DNA of 63,807 nucleotides, counting the filler, from Hausera hauseri (Eukaryota): the NCBI GenBank assembly GCA_046269625.1. It is 12 parts of 12 records of this genome, joined end to end, with 100 filler letters (N's around TTAATTAATTAA, not from the genome) between each part and the next. Parts side by side here need not be neighbours in the genome. Positions count along the whole stretch, not along the records: positions 59,852 to 63,807 come from JBJURY010860078.1; 11 more parts are not named here. One strand, written 5' to 3'. Under the pieces are notes generated by a model. The model saw only the letters and a program-made list of their open reading frames with translations, had not been told where the DNA came from and made no database searches. The stretch's first letter is position 1. Each line of letters begins with the position of its first letter. Below are positions 61,817 to 63,807 of this stretch, one piece after another. The position numbers and the translations under genes were made by a program.

Positions 61817-62574
61817 AATAGGGGAAAAGGGGTTCCTGGCACAAAGGGGAGGGAGTCCACATACGCATCATGTGACCAATCACGCCACAGTCATCTGATG
61901 CACGTAATCAGTTTACGTCTTCAAATAATAATACTAATTAAAACACCACTCATGCCTCAAATTTTATTTCTAAAAGAATCTTAAACTTTCAATTCAACCA
62001 ATGTTTTGTTAACTACATTAATTTGTAAGCACCAATTATCCAGTCCATCAAAAAACGTAGCACTATCAGAACCACCAATAAAGTAGAGTTTTGTAGTTTA
62101 AACGTACAACAATTATGTTATTTGAAATATTCATTTTGTTGTTATTGACGACGTTTTGTGTCAGATTACTAGTAATAAATCCATTAGCAGTTGAATTGTG
62201 ATATGGAGTGAGAGAGCGCTCGTGGTAAAGCACATTCATTTTTAGTTATATAGACAACTATCAGAGAATTGAAATCATTCAAGTCGCATGATAACCGTTT
62301 GTCTAATTTTGACTGACTATATAGCTTGCGCGTTGTATAGCATATAAGACATTCGAATTCAACTTTCAATCTTTTACGGCGAGCTAATACCACGGATTCC
62401 ACTTGATGTTGGTGAATTTTTATTTGATTCTACATTATTTACCTTTTGCTATTAGTCACGTTACTAATTACACGATGTGTGATATATCATTTGAATCACG
62501 TAACTGATCCCATGCATCACGTGATGTGTGGGTGGACCCCTCCCTTTTGTGCCAGAAACCCACTTTCCCCTACT
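61817..62574. mobile_element. ~760-bp non-autonomous TIR element (MITE-like)
   Basis: ~55-nt imperfect inverted repeats taggggaaaaggggttcctggcacaaaggggaggg.. / ..cccctcccttttgtgccagaaacccactttccccta. Confidence 0.75.
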
Positions 62575-62897
62575 TTTAGAATTGATCCTATGAATGAATT
62601 ACCGCAGCTAGAATTTTGACAAACTATTTATATAAGCCTTAGCAATTTTCTAACAAAGTTTTTTAATATTTTGGCACACATAAGTTTACCAAACTAACAG
62701 TAAAATTCTGTTCCCTTTTGAATTTTACAAAACGATCTACATATTTCTATTCCACTGAGGTTAGTTTAGATTCAAGTAAGTGCATGAAGAGTAGCGTTTC
62801 ATCGTCTGTTGATATTGTGCAGAAATTTCTATCCATGTTGTTTCCAAATTTTCATGTTGTTTTGTCATCTCCGGATGATTGTACAAAATTTCCCTTG

Positions 62898-63275
62898 TCA
62901 TAAAGCGAGGAACATACTTGGAACACAGTTTTTGATGCTAAAAGCTTTCAGTTTGGTGTAAACACCACCGACACTGATGTTTAAGTAAGTTGCCAACACT
63001 TTCAGATATTCGTCGATGTTTCGTACAATGTCCAACAATTTTTCACTTGTGGAATCACAAATTTTTTGTAGTCTTCCTTCCCAAACTGATGCCTTCCAAC
63101 CTCTGAACTCGGGTACCCAGTATTTCACCGTAGTCAGAGATGGCGCATTATTCTGGTATGTTGTTTCCAGTTGATCAAAAATTTTCTTGCAAGACTTTCC
63201 TTGAAATACGAAAAATTTGATTACACTGCGGCAGTTTATGGGAGAAATCATGATTATGGCGAAATTTTGGTTCAC
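62898..63275 (-). pseudogene. Mariner transposase N-terminal HTH remnant
   Basis: RSVIKFFVFQGKSCKKIFDQLETTYQNNAPSLTTVKYWVPEFR. Confidence 0.8.
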
Positions 63276-63574
63276 TGCTGCTGCTATGAAACTCTGAAAT
63301 GATATAGTAAAAGAAACCTCAATATTTGAACCTATATAAGTTTTATGTGTTATCCATAAAAACTTATCAATTTATTCCTTTTATTTCTGTCTCAGTCCGA
63401 GTACTTATTTATCGCATAACGTATGCATGAATACATGACTTGCATACAAAAACAATTTCGCCATTTTGTTTTACTTGTTTAAACATAAAGGTCATTGTCA
63501 TATACATTTCTTTGTCCACAGAATTGAAAATTGTACAAGTAGTGGGTTGTGCAGTGTCTAAAACAGGGTCAGTA

Positions 63575-63705
63575 TGTGAGCACGTATGCCAGCACACATG
63601 TACGACATGTGAGCAGTAATGAGTGACATGTGAGTATGCTCACGTGCGTGCTCACAGGGTTGTGCGCAATTAATAAGTCGGTATATAGTTTTTTTAGACT
63701 ACGAT
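63575..63705 (-). repeat. Dispersed repeat related to 5293-5440
   Basis: Reverse complement shares agtct.aaaaactatata...tgagcac...actcacatg...atgtc.tac.tgtgtgct with contig 2. Confidence 0.55.
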
Positions 63706-63807
63706 AAACAATCAGTTGATGTTCAACAAGACGTCGGTGTGTATGTCGCACGATTAAATGTCCACTATAATAACATAGTATTTAACGGACTACGACTAGC
63801 AATTAGT

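Overview
This is not one continuous locus. It is 12 short contigs (about 4-8 kb each) joined by an artificial 100-nt linker (44 N + TTAATTAATTAA + 44 N, stops in all six frames). The DNA is AT-rich and eukaryotic: it has GT-AG introns, a divergent alpha-tubulin and metazoan-type transposons, so it most likely comes from an invertebrate animal. Almost all of it is mobile DNA. (1) Decayed Maverick/Polinton segments supply pPolB, integrase, packaging ATPase, major and minor capsid, adenain protease and AGT...ACT termini; one carries an accessory block with a TBP-like gene, dUTPase and a DEDD exonuclease. (2) Two DNA transposons look intact: a spliced two-gene PIF/Harbinger with perfect TIRs and a TTA TSD, and a hAT arranged in tandem. 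(3) There are ordinary Gypsy, RTE, other LINE, mariner, SINE and MITE remnants. (4) The best candidate for an undescribed system is a family of very large Gypsy-like elements seen in four separate contigs. In the two contigs that contain gag, it is followed by kilobases of accessory coding sequence rather than pol. Across the four contigs this sequence includes a cupin-like domain, catalytically dead REX4/ISG20-type DEDDh domains, ubiquitin-like domains, an AT-hook, a RING finger and a chuvirus-type (class III, gB-like) fusion glycoprotein. All domain calls were made by eye from motifs and need HMM or structure confirmation.
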